Shown piece by piece: positions 1-12,000 of a stretch of 64,000 nucleotides of DNA (position 1 is the stretch's first letter; each line of letters starts with the position of its first letter). Position numbers and translations under genes: made by a program. The DNA is from Chiloscyllium plagiosum (Eukaryota), in the NCBI RefSeq assembly GCF_004010195.1, contig NC_057718.1:57584660-57648659 (forward strand). The letters are read 5' to 3'. The notes under the pieces are model-generated. The model did not search any database and was not told the origin of the DNA. It worked only from the letters and a program-made list of their open reading frames with translations.

Positions 1-12
1 TTCTAAACAAAA

Positions 13-66
13 TGGACGGGTTGGACCGAAGGGTCTGTTTCCATGCTGTACATCTCTATGACTCTA
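13..66 (+). mobile_element. CR1 LINE 3' terminal fragment
   Basis: GGACGGGTTGGACCGAAGGGTCTGTTTCCATGCTGTA...CTATGACTCTA matches the 3' ends of CR1 copies at ~40350-40392 and 50557-50610 (-). Confidence 0.7.
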
Positions 67-84
67 ATAGAGTGTCAAAAGCTG

Positions 85-292
85 AAGCTGCTGAAAAAGC
101 TCAGCATGTCTGGCAGCATCTATGGAGAGAAATCAGAGTTAACATTTCAGGTCCAGCGACCCTTCCGTGAGTTCTGAGGAAGGATCACCAGATGTGAAAC
201 ATTAACGCTGATTTCTCTTCACAGATGCTGCTAGACCCGCTGCGCTTTTCCAGCAATTTCTGATTTACAGCATCCATAGTTCTTTTGGCTTT
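85..292. mobile_element. Penelope-like element (PLE) terminal repeat, fold-back copy (subfamily 2)
   Basis: Imperfect inverted repeat centred near 167. The right arm matches the tail of the GIY-YIG-bearing PLE at 48600-48735 and contains CTGAGGA...GAAA at 174-199. Confidence 0.75.
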
Positions 293-689
293 TCTTTAGT
301 AATGGAGTGTCACAAGTCAGTATGATACGTGACTTTGTAGACAATGTTGCTTTATATTATGGAATCCAGTTCCAGGCTGGGTTTGCCTTCAATCTGGATA
401 CTGCATTTACAAGGAAGGCCTAGCCTGGGTTGGTCATCAATCTTTCAGGTTGCTGATAAGATCAAACCTAGCTGGGCAAAGATTTTAATTTGTGTTAATA
501 AATATTCAATTTAGCATAGAATGTATGTCGTCCATTTGCTTTACGGTATATTGCTTGGATGTAGTTAAAGGCTTAGGTTTTTCTGATAGTGTTCATATGA
601 TGTGTCAATTCAACCACATGTACTGTCTGACTAGGCTATTGCCAGCTATAACATCGCAGTTAGCTCTTGAACTTAATTGACATTGTTGG

Positions 690-755
690 TGTTGAGAGTG
701 TGTTGCTGGAAAAGCACAGCAGGTCAGGCAGCATCCGAGGAGCAGGAAAATCGAA
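690..755 (-). mobile_element. PLE terminal-repeat fragment (subfamily 1)
   Basis: GCTGGAAAAGCACAGCAGGTCAGGCAGCATCC is shared with 3211-3242. Confidence 0.7.
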
Positions 756-1147
756 TTTAGCAGCATTTAATCCACTGCTAAACTACTTCACGACTTGCAG
801 CTCACTGTCAGGGAATAGCCACTTTGACTCCCACACAATTAAGTATCTGTGGCTGCCTTTTTCACTGCTTAACCGCAGCTTCACTAGATTCTAACCATTG
901 TAATGGACGATCAGAAGGAAAGAGGGGAAGGCAGCAGACACAGAAGTTAGCTTGATGCCATTCTGCCCTAACTCCACATTTGGTTTAGGAAATGCAAATG
1001 GATCTAGGCTGCACCTAAAATTCCTGCCCCCAAAAGGCACAAGTTCTGACTTACAGCCTATCCCAACCAAACTATTTTTTGTTGTCAGTCAATTTTTTTC
1101 TTCAAATACACAGTCTTATTTTGTATTTTTCTTATTTGGTACCGCAT

Positions 1148-2157
1148 AGTCAAAACTCCAAGACTTAGGTCTGGCTCCGCCCTCTGTAACTGATTCCTCA
1201 GCTTCCTGGACCACTGCAATCAGTGAAGATAGACAACATCTCCTTCATGATAATCCTCAACACTGGCGCCCTGCAAGGATGTGTACTCAGTCCCTCACTG
1301 TACTTCCTGTACACTACGGCTGTGGCGCCAAATTTGCTGATGACACCGCATTGTAGGCTGGATATCAAACAATGATCAGTCAGAATACAGGGCTTGGTGT
1401 CATGGTGGAATAATAACAAACTTTCTCTCAATTTCAGCAAGACAAAAGAACTGATCATTGACTTCAGGAAGCAAGGGAGGGGACATGCCCCTATCTACAT
1501 CAATAGAGCTGAGGTGGATACGGTCGAAAGCCTCAAGTTCTGTGGAGTGCCAATAATCAACAATCTGTCCTGGGCCTCCCACGTCAGTGTGATGGTCAAG
1601 AAATCACAACAACCTTTCTTCCTCAGGAGGCTGAGGAAATTCGGCATGTCCATTTGGATCATCACCAACCTTTACAGATGCACCATAGAAAGCATTCTAT
1701 ATGGATGCATAATAACTTGGTTTGGCATCTGTTATGCCCAGGACTGTAAGAAACTACAGAGAATTGTGTACACAGTCCACACCATCAAGCAAGCCAACCT
1801 TCCATCCATGGACATTATCTATACTTCTTCAGCTGTGGAAAGGCTGCCAACATCATCAAAGACCCCTCCTACCCGGTAGTACTGTGTTCCAACCTTTTCC
1901 AGCAGGCAGAAGATACAGAAGCTTAAACACACATACCAACAGTCTCAAGAGCAGCTTCTTCCCCACTGTTATTAGACTGCTGAATAGAACTTTCTAATTT
2001 CAAACCTAATGTTGATCTTGCTTTTATGCATCTTATATGCCTCGCTCTGCTGAAACATCTTATGATCTGTATATCCTTGTATGTTATGATCTGCTTGCAA
2101 AGCAAAAGTTTTCACCGTACTTAGGTACATTGACAGCAATAAATCAAATCAAATCAC
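1148..2157 (+). mobile_element. Rex1/Babar-like LINE, 5'-truncated RT C-terminal half and 3' end
   Basis: NTGA.QGCVLSP motif near 1259-1295; ORF 1394-1879 has LSLNFSKTKELIIDFRK...FLRRLRKFG...YRCTIESIL; ends in (AAATC)3. Confidence 0.8.
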
Positions 2158-2171
2158 AGAGTAGACTAATC

Positions 2172-2490
2172 AGATTAGATTAGATTAGATTACTTACAGT
2201 ATGGAAACAGGCCCTTCAGCCCAACAAGTCCACACCGCCCGCCAAAGCGCAACCCACCCATACCCTACATTTACCCCTTACCTAACACTACGGGCAATTT
2301 AGCATGGCCAATTCACCTTACCTGCACATCTTTTGGACTGTGGGAGGAAACCGGAGCACCCGGAGGAAACCCACGCAGACACAGGGAGAACGTGCAAACT
2401 CCACACAGTCAGTCGCCTGAGGCGGGAATTGAACCCGGGTCTCTGGCGCTGTGAGGCAGCAGTGCTAACCACTGTGCCACCGTGCCGCCC
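2172..2490 (-). mobile_element. HE1/V-SINE-type tRNA-derived SINE
   Basis: Minus strand GGGCGGCACGGTGGCACAGTGGTTAGC (A box), GGTTCAATTCC (B box), CR1-like tail, (TCTAA)n; near-identical to 6256-6558 and 21085-21400. Confidence 0.9.
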
Positions 2491-3170
2491 ACGGTGTTTC
2501 ACCAGAATGTGACAGCCTGCTGTAAGGGTTAATATTTCTTTGGAATTTCTCTTCCTTGGATAGGATAGCTGGAGGTCAGGGAATGTTTCCGGAGTAGACA
2601 CTAAGGGGTCACTTGCTGTGTGTGAAGAAGGTGACAAGGGATGCCATAGCTGGAGTGGCTGGTGCACAAAACATCTAAAGTGCTAGAAGAGATGTGACCA
2701 AGATTGTGATTGAGCCTCAATGTTGACATTTGGTTCTAGCTGACAAAATATAGTTTTGCAAGGTTGGAAAATGAAAGGACACTGCAATGCATGTGTGTAT
2801 ACCTGCATGCTAATACCAGTGCCTGTGATTGAGCATTGTGCAGTCAGATTGAGCTATAGTAACTTAAGTCACTAGGAGTAAAAATTATAGGGATGAAATC
2901 AGGTATATGTAGGAAGGCAGGATTGAGAATAGGTAGGAAGCAACCTGCGGTATATCAGTTTGAAAAGTTAGATGCACTGTAAAATTGGCTATTAATTTGC
3001 TGCTGCCCATGTTACACCACTACCCAAGACCCATTCTTCCCCTTACCTGAAGATAAGAAGGATTTATAACTTTATATGTTGAAGAGATACTCTGCTGAAT
3101 TATGAGAATGAATGAGACATAAAGATCTTAATGTAAGGCTGCATTATATTATTGTCTATTATAGAATTGT

Positions 3171-3359
3171 GGAGAAAGTGAGGTCTGCAGATCAGAGCTG
3201 AAAATGTGTTGCTGGAAAAGCACAGCAGGTCAGGCAGCATCCAGGGAACAGGAGAATCGACGTTTCGGGCATAAGCCCTTCTTCAGGAATCCTGAAGAAG
3301 GGCTTATGCCCGAAACGTCGATTCTCCTGTTCCCTGGATGCTGCCTGACCTGCTGCGCT
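3171..3359. mobile_element. Young PLE-derived hairpin insertion with 16-bp flanking direct repeat
   Basis: 69-bp arms 3219-3287 / 3291-3359 (1 mismatch, 3-nt loop); CTATTATAGAATTGTG at 3156-3171 and 3358-3373. Confidence 0.9.
3286..3325 (+). ncRNA. Putative minimal type I hammerhead ribozyme
   Basis: GGAATC-CTGAAGA-A-GGGC TTAT GCCC-GAAA-CG-TC-GATTCT: complete CUGANGA/GAAA/GUC core, 6-bp stem I, 4-bp stem II, palindromic ACGT stem III. Activity untested. Confidence 0.7.
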
Positions 3360-3878
3360 ATTATAGAATTGTGTGTTACAACAGTCGTTTCTTTCCACAA
3401 TGCAACTTTTTCTTTGTTCATGAGAAACTGAGAATTATTCAAATAAACTGGATGGGAAATTTCAGGCTGTCATGATACTGTATCACTTGCATGCTCTGCC
3501 CCAGCAAAGTGGCAGAAAATCCTTAACTACAATGTAATTTTAGCCCTCAAGTTAGATTAGAAATACACTATCTGAGCTTTGTGAATTCCTGAAAACAAAA
3601 CCGCTGACTCAGTCATTCTATAATTCCAGTTATCCTGCCAAGAAATCACTTCGTGGCTTATGTTACGTCAAATCACTGAGTCATGATTACTTTAGAACTA
3701 TATATATTAGATGTATTGAACATAAGTCAACAGGCTTTTGTTTTGCTCATTTCAGATTTTACAAATGATCTGAACTGAGGCTTTAAGGAAAGATGTGAAA
3801 CAATGGCTCCAAATTACAAACATTAAGAATTAAAGAACTCTGAGCTTCTTTCTTCATATAGGTCATTTATTTTCCTCA

Positions 3879-4073
3879 GTTGAGGACGTGGTGCTGGAAA
3901 AGCACAGCAGGTCAGGCAGCATCCAAGGAGAGGGAGAAACTGATTCCCGATGAAGGGCTTATGCCTGAAATGTCAATTCTCCTGCTCCACAGATGCTGCC
4001 TGACCTGCTGTGCTTTTCCAGCAACACACTCTCAACACTGATCTCCAGCATCTGCAGTCCTCACTATCTCCTA
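3879..4073. mobile_element. PLE-derived partial hairpin insertion
   Basis: Same subfamily as 3171-3359; flanked by ATTTA(T/C)TTTCCTCA at 3865-3878 and 4074-4087; degenerate hammerhead core CCGATGA at 3947. Confidence 0.8.
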
Positions 4074-5197
4074 ATTTACTTTCCTCACCATGGACACTAT
4101 CCAGAGGATATACTCAAACTTCTGAGGAAGTCACTAAAATCACAAATAAAAGCCTAAGATGATAAATCTACATGAAACATTTACTTGACCTCCTGACATT
4201 CTGAAATTTAGTTAAGCTCAATACACAGCTAACGTTTTTATTATTCCAATAGGACACAAACATTTATGTTTCATTTAGACTTGGAAAAGCTTAAAGACCA
4301 TCCTAAACAGATAATCATTTATCTCTCCTTCTAAAGAATGAACGAACACACCTGAAATGGTTTACCTGCAAATGTTCTTGTTTATCTATTATTATCTGGA
4401 GACATTTTTAACTTGCTTGAATCAAAGAATACATGGGAGAAAAAACAAATAGTATAATACACTTTTATCTCAGACAAATGGATTCTAAATTGATGAATTC
4501 AATTTTTAAATTACTGCTGGGTTTAAAACTAGTATTGTCCACTGGTTGCCCACTGTAGAAACCAGTTAATTCACAATCCCAGCACATTAGCTGGGTGACA
4601 AGTTAAAGGTTTACTCAAATGTAGTGGTCTGAGATGTGATGAAAGCACATCTGTGTAAGAGAAGCAGCAAGCTGTGTTGGAGAATGATTGTAGTTTCCAT
4701 AAGGAAATAAGAAGTTATTTCTGAGACCACAAGTAAGTATGAAAGAAAATAAATTTAGGTTTCAGGGCAAGGTTATTGGGCCAACATAGAACATTCTGCA
4801 GCACAGTTCAGATGCATTTTCCGATTCCTAGTGTCATGCCAAATTGAACATTCAATTATGAAGTATCAAACTTGTAACAAGAACAGTGTTTATTTTTAAG
4901 ATGCTCTTTAGATGAGAAGATCAACGGACAAAACAAACTATTCTTACTGAATATATCACTTTCTGGGAAAGCATCAGTAACAGTTCAGAACTTGGTGCTG
5001 AGCTTTCCAATTGCATAACTACATGTACTTTCCATGTTGTGTCAGAAAACAATGGCTGGGAATTTGGGCTCAGCAGACCACCTCTGCAAATTAGTGGAAA
5101 TATTGTTTTGTATTTATGGAGGTGGGTTCCTAACCTTTTGGAATTTCAAGGAGTGCTGCAGGATACTGACAAAGAAGTCTCTGTTCACTAATACTTT

Positions 5198-5950
5198 CTG
5201 TGAGGTCATGCACTTTGGTAAGAAGAATTAAAAAGCATAGTATTATTTAAATGGAGAGTGACTCCAAGAATGTGTAGTGCACAGAATCTGGGAGTCGTTG
5301 TACATGAGTTACAGAAAGTTAGCATACAAGTACAGCAAGTAATTAAGAAAGTAAATGGCATTTTGACCTTTATTGCTAAGGGATTTGGAGTTTAAAAATA
5401 GGGAAATCTTATTCCAACTGTACAAGATGTTGGTGTGGCTGTACCTGGGATACTGTTTGCACCTTTTGGTCTCCATATTTGAGACAGGATGCACTGGCAT
5501 TGGAGGCAGTTTAAAAGACAATTATACAGGTTGGACCTTTATTCATTAGAGTTGAAAAGAATGTGGGGTGATTTTATTGAAACATACAAGATTCTGGGGG
5601 ACTTGACAGAATACATGTTGAGAAGGTGTTTCCCTCTAGTGGGGGAATCTTGAACAGGGAGATGGTTACAGAATAAGGGGACACTCATTTCAAACCAAGA
5701 TGTGAAAGGATTTCTTCTGTCAAAAAGTAACGAATGTCTGAAATTCTCTATAACAGAACGGTAGAGAGAGAAGATCATTGAAGGTATTTTTTTTTAAAAA
5801 AGAGGTAAATAGATTTTTGAAACATCAGTGAGTTCAAAGATATGTCATGAAAGAGGACTTAAGGCCTGGAGCTTATCAGCCACAATCTGTTGAAGACCAG
5901 GCTGCCTTGAAGAGCTGAATGGCCTTCTCTTACTCCAATTCTTATGTTCT
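5198..5950 (+). mobile_element. CR1 LINE 3' fragment (decayed)
   Basis: CEVMHFGKKN motif, LYK.LV...L.YC motif, 3' UTR ending GGCCT..T.TACTCC..TTCTTATGTTCT. Confidence 0.85.
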
Positions 5951-5977
5951 GATCTCAATTCTGTTTTATCTCCCATT

Positions 5978-6174
5978 AGGAGAAAGTGAGGACTGCAGAT
6001 GCTGGAGATCAGAGTCAAAAAGTGTGGCGCTGGAAAAGCACATCCAGTCAGGCAGCATCTGAGGAGCAGGAGAGTTGACCTTTTGAGCATAAGCTCTTCA
6101 TCAGATCAGTTCTTCACCCTGATGAGCTTATGCTCAATACTGCTTGACTGGCTGTGCTTTTCCAGCATCACACA
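5978..6174. mobile_element. PLE-derived partial hairpin insertion
   Basis: Starts with the family terminus GGAGAAAGTGAGGACTGCAGATGCTGG; flanked by TTATC(T/C)CCCATT at 5966-5977 and 6175-6186. Confidence 0.85.
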
Positions 6175-6255
6175 TTATCCCCCATTGTCCAATCTCTTCC
6201 TATCTACATTCATGACTCTTCCAATATCCTCTGTCACTTCAATAGTTTCCATCTT

Positions 6256-6558
6256 TAGATTAGATTAGATTACATTACAGTGTGGAAACAGGCCCTTCGG
6301 CCCAACAAGTCCACACCGACCCGCCGAAGCGTAACCCACCCATACCCCTACATTTACCCCTTACCTAACACTAGGGGCAATTTAGCATGGCCAATTCACC
6401 TGACCTGCACATCTTTGGACTGTGGGAGGAAACCAGAGCACCCGGAGACACGGGGAGAATGTGCAAACTCCACACAGTCAGTCGCCTGAGGCGGGAATTG
6501 AACCCGGGTCTCTGGCGCTGTGAGGCAGCAGTGCTAACTGCTGTGCCACCGTGCCGCC
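6256..6558 (-). mobile_element. HE1/V-SINE-type tRNA-derived SINE
   Basis: A and B boxes, (TCTAA)n tail; near-identical to 2172-2490 apart from a short internal deletion. Confidence 0.9.
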
Positions 6559-7735
6559 TACAACCTTTCTGGCCCTAAGTGTTTATTTTTTCACTGGGGC
6601 CGTCCAATCCTTCTACATCTCCAATCATCAGCAAAACATTCTAGAGTTCTAGAGCTTGCTGTTTTTTTTTCTTGAATGGGGACCGAACCAGTTCTCATCC
6701 ACAATCACACTCCTCCACTTGACTGAACTTGTTCTCATATTAAACAAATACCTTTTTAACTCCCATTCACTTTCTCCAAATAAATGGAATAAAACCTTTA
6801 AGTTTCCTAGCAGTTTCTGACTTCTTGTGGGAAATGTGAATCATTCTTTGTTCCAGTATTATTTAGGCATTACTTCCTGCTCTTGAACTGAACTGGAAAA
6901 TTTAATTAACTTTGCTTCCAATTACCACTCTTCGCTGGTCCATCTCTGACTTGCCTTTCCTTCTTAGACTTCTTTGTTTCCATTTTTGGGGATAGCCAAT
7001 TTAGTGGTGAGTCTTGGCTGAGAGCCCAGACATCCATTACTCTCTTGAAACATCAGAGCCTCCACTTGATTGACAGCTCTGACTGTCTGATCTCTGTCAA
7101 TTTCATACTTATTTACACAAGATTAATAGATTTCAAATACCTGCAGTTTCAGTCTTGAAACTTCAAAGGATTTGGATAATTAACAAAATGATTACCCGTA
7201 GCAGAAGAGAGTTAATTTCAACACGGTGGTATGTTTTCCATGAATTCTATTCAAGCGTTTTTTTCTTACACAAACTACTTTCACCATCGAGTTCATTGGT
7301 TGGATATTGTGTGTAGTGGGTCAATGGCCAAAGAAGTGCCTTAACCTAGCACAAGACGATAAAGGAGGATTTTTTTAAAAAAAGGATCAATGCTGACATT
7401 GGCCGAAAACTTTTGTAGTTTCAAGAAGACTGAGAACAGGAGAAACCACAATCTCCAGCTGTAAATTTCGACATCAGCCATCTGTTTGACTAATCCAAGA
7501 CGAGCAAACTGTTTGAAGCAAGCAGGAGATCAGCATCCTCCTGCGGGAACCACGAAACAGTTTTCACCTATTACAGGGTTGAATGTCTCTTCTATGTATG
7601 TACTTCATGCATCATATATAAATTATGGTTAGTTAACTGTTTTAAAATCAGTTATGATTTTGATCGCCTTGTTGAGTAAACTGATTTTGAGACCAAAACC
7701 ATATAGAGGAGCTCTCCAGAAAAGTGTGTTGTCCT

Positions 7736-8241
7736 CCCTGAGACCTGTGAGCCTGTGGCAGCCCCTGGACTCTGTGAGCCTGTGGTCACTCTGGGCCCTA
7801 TGTACCTTTGTCGCTCCTTGACCCTGTGAGCCCAAGGTCATCCCTGGGCCCTGTGAGCACATGGTCATTCCTGGGACCTGTGAGCCTGTGGCAGCCCCTG
7901 GACCCTGTAGTCACTCCAGGCCCTGTCAGCCTGTTGTCACCCCGGGCCCTGTCAGCCTGTAGTCACCCCGGACTCCGTCAGCTTGTAGTCACCCTGGGCC
8001 CTGTGAACCTGTGCCAGCCCCCGGACCCTGTCAGCCTGTAGTCTCCCCAGGCCCTGTGAGCCTGTAGTCACCCTGGGCCCTGTTAGCCGGTAGTCACCTG
8101 GGCCCTGTCTGTCTGTAGTTGTCCTGGGCCCTGTCTGCCTGTAGTCGCCCTGGGCCCTGTCTGCCTGTAGTTGCCCTGGGCCCTGTGAGCCTGTAGTCGC
8201 CCTGGGGCCTGTCAGCCTGTGTCGCCCCTGGACCCTGTGAG
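7736..8241. repeat. GC-rich minisatellite, ~26-bp unit, about 19-20 copies
   Basis: Consensus approximately CCCTGGGCCCTGTGAGCCTGTAGTCA in tandem with variants. Confidence 0.9.
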
Positions 8242-8561
8242 TATTATGGCCCCTGTTGCTGGCAGTTATCACAGCTAGTGTTTACCTGCCAACCTCCAGG
8301 TGACAGGCCACATACAAAGAGCTGGCTGGTTCATTCTGACACCATTTTTGGAAAGTAATTCCCAAGTAAAACCATAATTGTTCCAATTGGATGCTTGCCT
8401 CCATACTGTAGGCTGACAAACTTTGTTCCTCGCCCATCCCTGGGAACTTTCCCACTGGCAAGGCAACATCTGGCTGCCATCCTGACATTGTATTCCACAC
8501 TCATCCCAATTTCCTAGTTCCTCCATCTCCACATCAGAAAATGCAGCCTGCTAATCCCATT

Positions 8562-8645
8562 TCCCTTGTCACAGATAGTGTCAGATTTGCTGAGTATTTC
8601 CCATTTAAATTTGAGATTTCAAGTATCTGCAGTAATTTGTTCTTG
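8562..8645 (+). mobile_element. Decayed PLE terminal fragment
   Basis: ACAGAT.GTGTCAGATTTGCTGAGTATTTC...ATCTGCAGTAATTTG resembles 48652-48730. Confidence 0.55.
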
Positions 8646-8779
8646 TTTTGATGAGTTCAAAAGAATCAGTTGGCTTGTTTCTTCAGTTATGGGTTCTATT
8701 CCTGCATTCTTCTTGGGCGGCAGTAAGACTTGAAAATGGAACAGACTGCAAAGAAGGCAAAAGTGAGCAGAGGGAAACT

Positions 8780-8905
8780 GAACAGAAGATCCTACGCTCT
8801 AAGAATCATGAAGCAATACTTCTCCTACCTCCATCACAGCCAGAAGCAGAATTGGAAAGACCTCAAGTTCACCAAGGAGGCTGCGAGTGATCTTTGCAAT
8901 CTGAG
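8780..8905 (+). mobile_element. Harbinger (PIF) transposase N-terminal remnant
   Basis: RRSYALRIMKQYFSYLHHSQKQNWKDLKFTKEAASDLCNL resembles the HARBI1-like N-terminus and the homologous segment at 54520-54630. Confidence 0.5.
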
Positions 8906-9001
8906 GCCACAGAACCGGACAGAGGAGGCTGTCGTGATATACATCATTTCTACATCAGTAGATCCTTCAGAGCAGGTCACTTCAGCAACTTCTCTCATTT
9001 T

Positions 9002-12000
9002 CTTTTACTTATTCATTTTGTGGGATGTGGGCATCACTGGCTAGCAAACAATTATTGCTTGGCTCTAGTTGCCCTTGAGAAGGTGGTGATGGGCTGCCTT
9101 CTTGAACTACTGTAGTCCACCTGCTGTGGGTTGACCCACAATGCTACTAGGGTGAGAATTCCAGGATATTGACCCAGCGGCAGTGAAAAAATGGTGATAT
9201 ATTTCCAAGTCAGGTGGTGGTGTTCCCATACATCTGCTGTCTTTGTCCTTCCAGATGGAAGTGGTCATGGGTTTGGATGGTGTGGTCTGAGGATCTTTGG
9301 TGATTTTCTGCAGTGTATCTTGTAAATAGTACACACTGCTGCTACTGAGTGTCGGTGGAGGAGGGAGTGAATGCTTATGGATGCAGTGCTAATCAAGCGG
9401 GCTGCGTTGTCCTGGATGGTGTCAAGTTTCTTGAGTGTTGTTGAAGCAGCACTCATCCAGGCAAATGGGGAGCATTCCATTACACACCTGACTTGTACCT
9501 TGTAAATGATGGACAGGCTTTCGGGAGTCAGGAGGTAACTTACTCGCCACAGTATTCATAGCTTCTGACCTTCTCTTGTAGTCACTGCGGTTATGTGGCG
9601 AGTCCAGTAGAGTTTCTGATCAATGATAACTCCCAGAATGTTAATAGTGAGGGTTTCTTTGGTGGTAACACTGTTGAATGTCAAGGGATGGTGTTAGATG
9701 ATCTCTTATTTGTGATGGTCGTAGCCTGGCATTTGTGTGGCACGAATGTCACTTGCCACTTGTCAGCCCAGGCCTGGATATTATCCAGATCTTGCTTCAT
9801 TTGTACATAGACTGGTTCAGTGTCTGAGGAGTCATGAATGGTGCTGAATATTTCACAATCAGGGACTATCCCCACTTTTGACCTGATGATGGAGGGAAGG
9901 CCTTTGATGAAGCAGTTGAAAGTAGTTGGGCTGTAAATACTACCTGAGGAACTCCTGCAGAGATTCCCTGGACCTGACTTGACTGACCTCCAACAACCAC
10001 GATCATCTTGCTATGTCAAGTACGACTCCAACCAGTGGAGAGTTTGCCCCGATTCCCATTGATTCCAGTTTTGCTAGGGCTCCTCGATGCCACACTCCAT
10101 TGAATGCAGCCTTGATGTCAAGGGCCATCACTCTCACCTCTTCTTTGGAATTCAGCTCCTTTATCCATGTTTGAACTAAGGCTGTAATCAGATCAGGAGC
10201 TGAGCGGCCCTGGCAGAACCTAAACTGGGCTTCACTGAGCAGGTTATTGCTGAGCAGGTGCTGCTTGACAGCACTGTTGATGACACATTCCATCACTTTC
10301 CTGATGATTGAGAAAAGACTGGTGGGGTGGTAATTGGCCAGGTTGGATTTGTCCTGCTTTTTTTGCACAGGGCATACCTGGTCAATTTTCCACATTGTCA
10401 AGCAGCTGCCAGTGTTGTAACTGTCTGGAACAGCTTGGCTAGGGGAGTGGCAAGTTCTGGAGCACAAGGCTTCAGTACTATTGCTGGAATGTTGTCAGGG
10501 CCTCCAACTGTTTCTTGATATCATGTCGAGTGAATCGAATTGGCTGAAGACTGGTATCTGTAATGCTGGGGACCACTGAAGAAGGCTGAGATGGATCATC
10601 CACCCGGCACTTCTGGCTGAAGATTGCTGCAAAAGTTTCAGTCTTAGCTATTTGTGGAGTCTCCTCCTTCAGTGAGTTGTTTAAATGTCCACCACCCTTC
10701 TTGACTAGATTATGCAGGACTGCAGAGCTTAGATCTGATCCATTGGTTGTGGGATCGATTAGCTCTATCACTTGCTACTTATGCTGTTTGATGTGCAAGT
10801 AGTCCTGTTTGGTGACTTCACCAATTTGACACCTCATTTCAGGAATACCTGGTGCTGCTCCTGGCATGCCATCCTGCACTCTCCATTGAACCAGGGTTGA
10901 TCCCCTGGCTTGATGGTAATGGTTGAGTGGGGGATATGCCAGGCCATGAGTTTGCAGATTGTGCTGGAGTACAGTTCTGCTGCTGTTGATGGCCCACAGC
11001 GCCTCATGGATGCCCAATCTTGAGTTGCTAGATCTGTTTGAAGTCTGCCCCATTCAGTGCAGTGATAGTGCCACACAAGACAATATATTCTCAATGTGAA
11101 GGTGGGTCTTTGGCTCCACAAGGACAGTATGGTGGTCAGTCTTACCAATACTGTCATAGACAGATACATCTACAGCTGGCAGATTATGAAGGATGAGGAA
11201 AAGTATGTTTTTCCCTCTTCTTGGTTCATTCACCACTTGCTGCAGACTCAGTCGAGCAGCTATATCTTTAGGACCCGACCAGCTCAGTCAGTAGTACTGC
11301 TGCCTAGCCACTCTTGGATATTGAAATTTCCCACCCAGAGTACATTTTGTGCCCTTGCCATTTTGTGCTTCCTCTAAATGTTGTTCAACATGGAAGAGTA
11401 CCAATTCATCAGGTGAGGGAGGATGGTATGTGGGAAGCAGCAGGAGGTTTCCATGCCTATGTTTCACCTGAAGCCATGAGACTTCTTGGGGTCCAGAGTC
11501 AATGTTGAGGACTCCCAGAGCAACTCCCTCCTGGCTGTATATCACTGCGCTGCCACCTCTGCTAGGTTCATCCTGCTGGTGGGACAGGATATATCCAGGG
11601 GTGGTGATGGTGCTATCTGGGACATTGTCTGTAAGGTATGATTTTATGAGTATAACTATGTCAGATTGTTGTTTGATTAGTCTGTGAGACAGCTCTCCCA
11701 ATTTTGGCACTAGCCCCCAGACGTTAGTAAGGAGAACTTTGCAGGGTTGTCAGGGCTGTTTCTGCTGTTGTCCTTTCTGGTCTTCAGGTCGATGCCAGAT
11801 GATCCTTCCAGTTTCATTTCTTTGAGATTTTGTAGCAAGTGGTACAACTGAATGGCTTGCTAGGCCATTTCAGAGGGCAACTGAGAACCAACCACATTGC
11901 TGTGGGTGTGGAGTTCCATGTAGGCCAGACCAGGTGAGCATGGCAGATTTCTGTCCCTGAAGGACATTAGTGAACCAGATGGGATTTTCTGACAATCAAT

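Larger units (their letters stand above)
5955..6985 (+). mobile_element. PLE reverse transcriptase remnant, interrupted by a PLE hairpin and a SINE
   Basis: Manual translation gives PIVQSLPIYIHDSS, VQSFYIS, TLLHLTELVLILN and HFLQING, typical of PLE RT; homologous to 15347-15640. Confidence 0.65.

Noticed and set aside
7629..8272. Repetitive Pro/Gly/Thr-rich ORFs, or a CRISPR-like array
   Set aside because: Translations of a 26-bp minisatellite; the unit is not a multiple of 3, and there are no unique spacers or cas genes.
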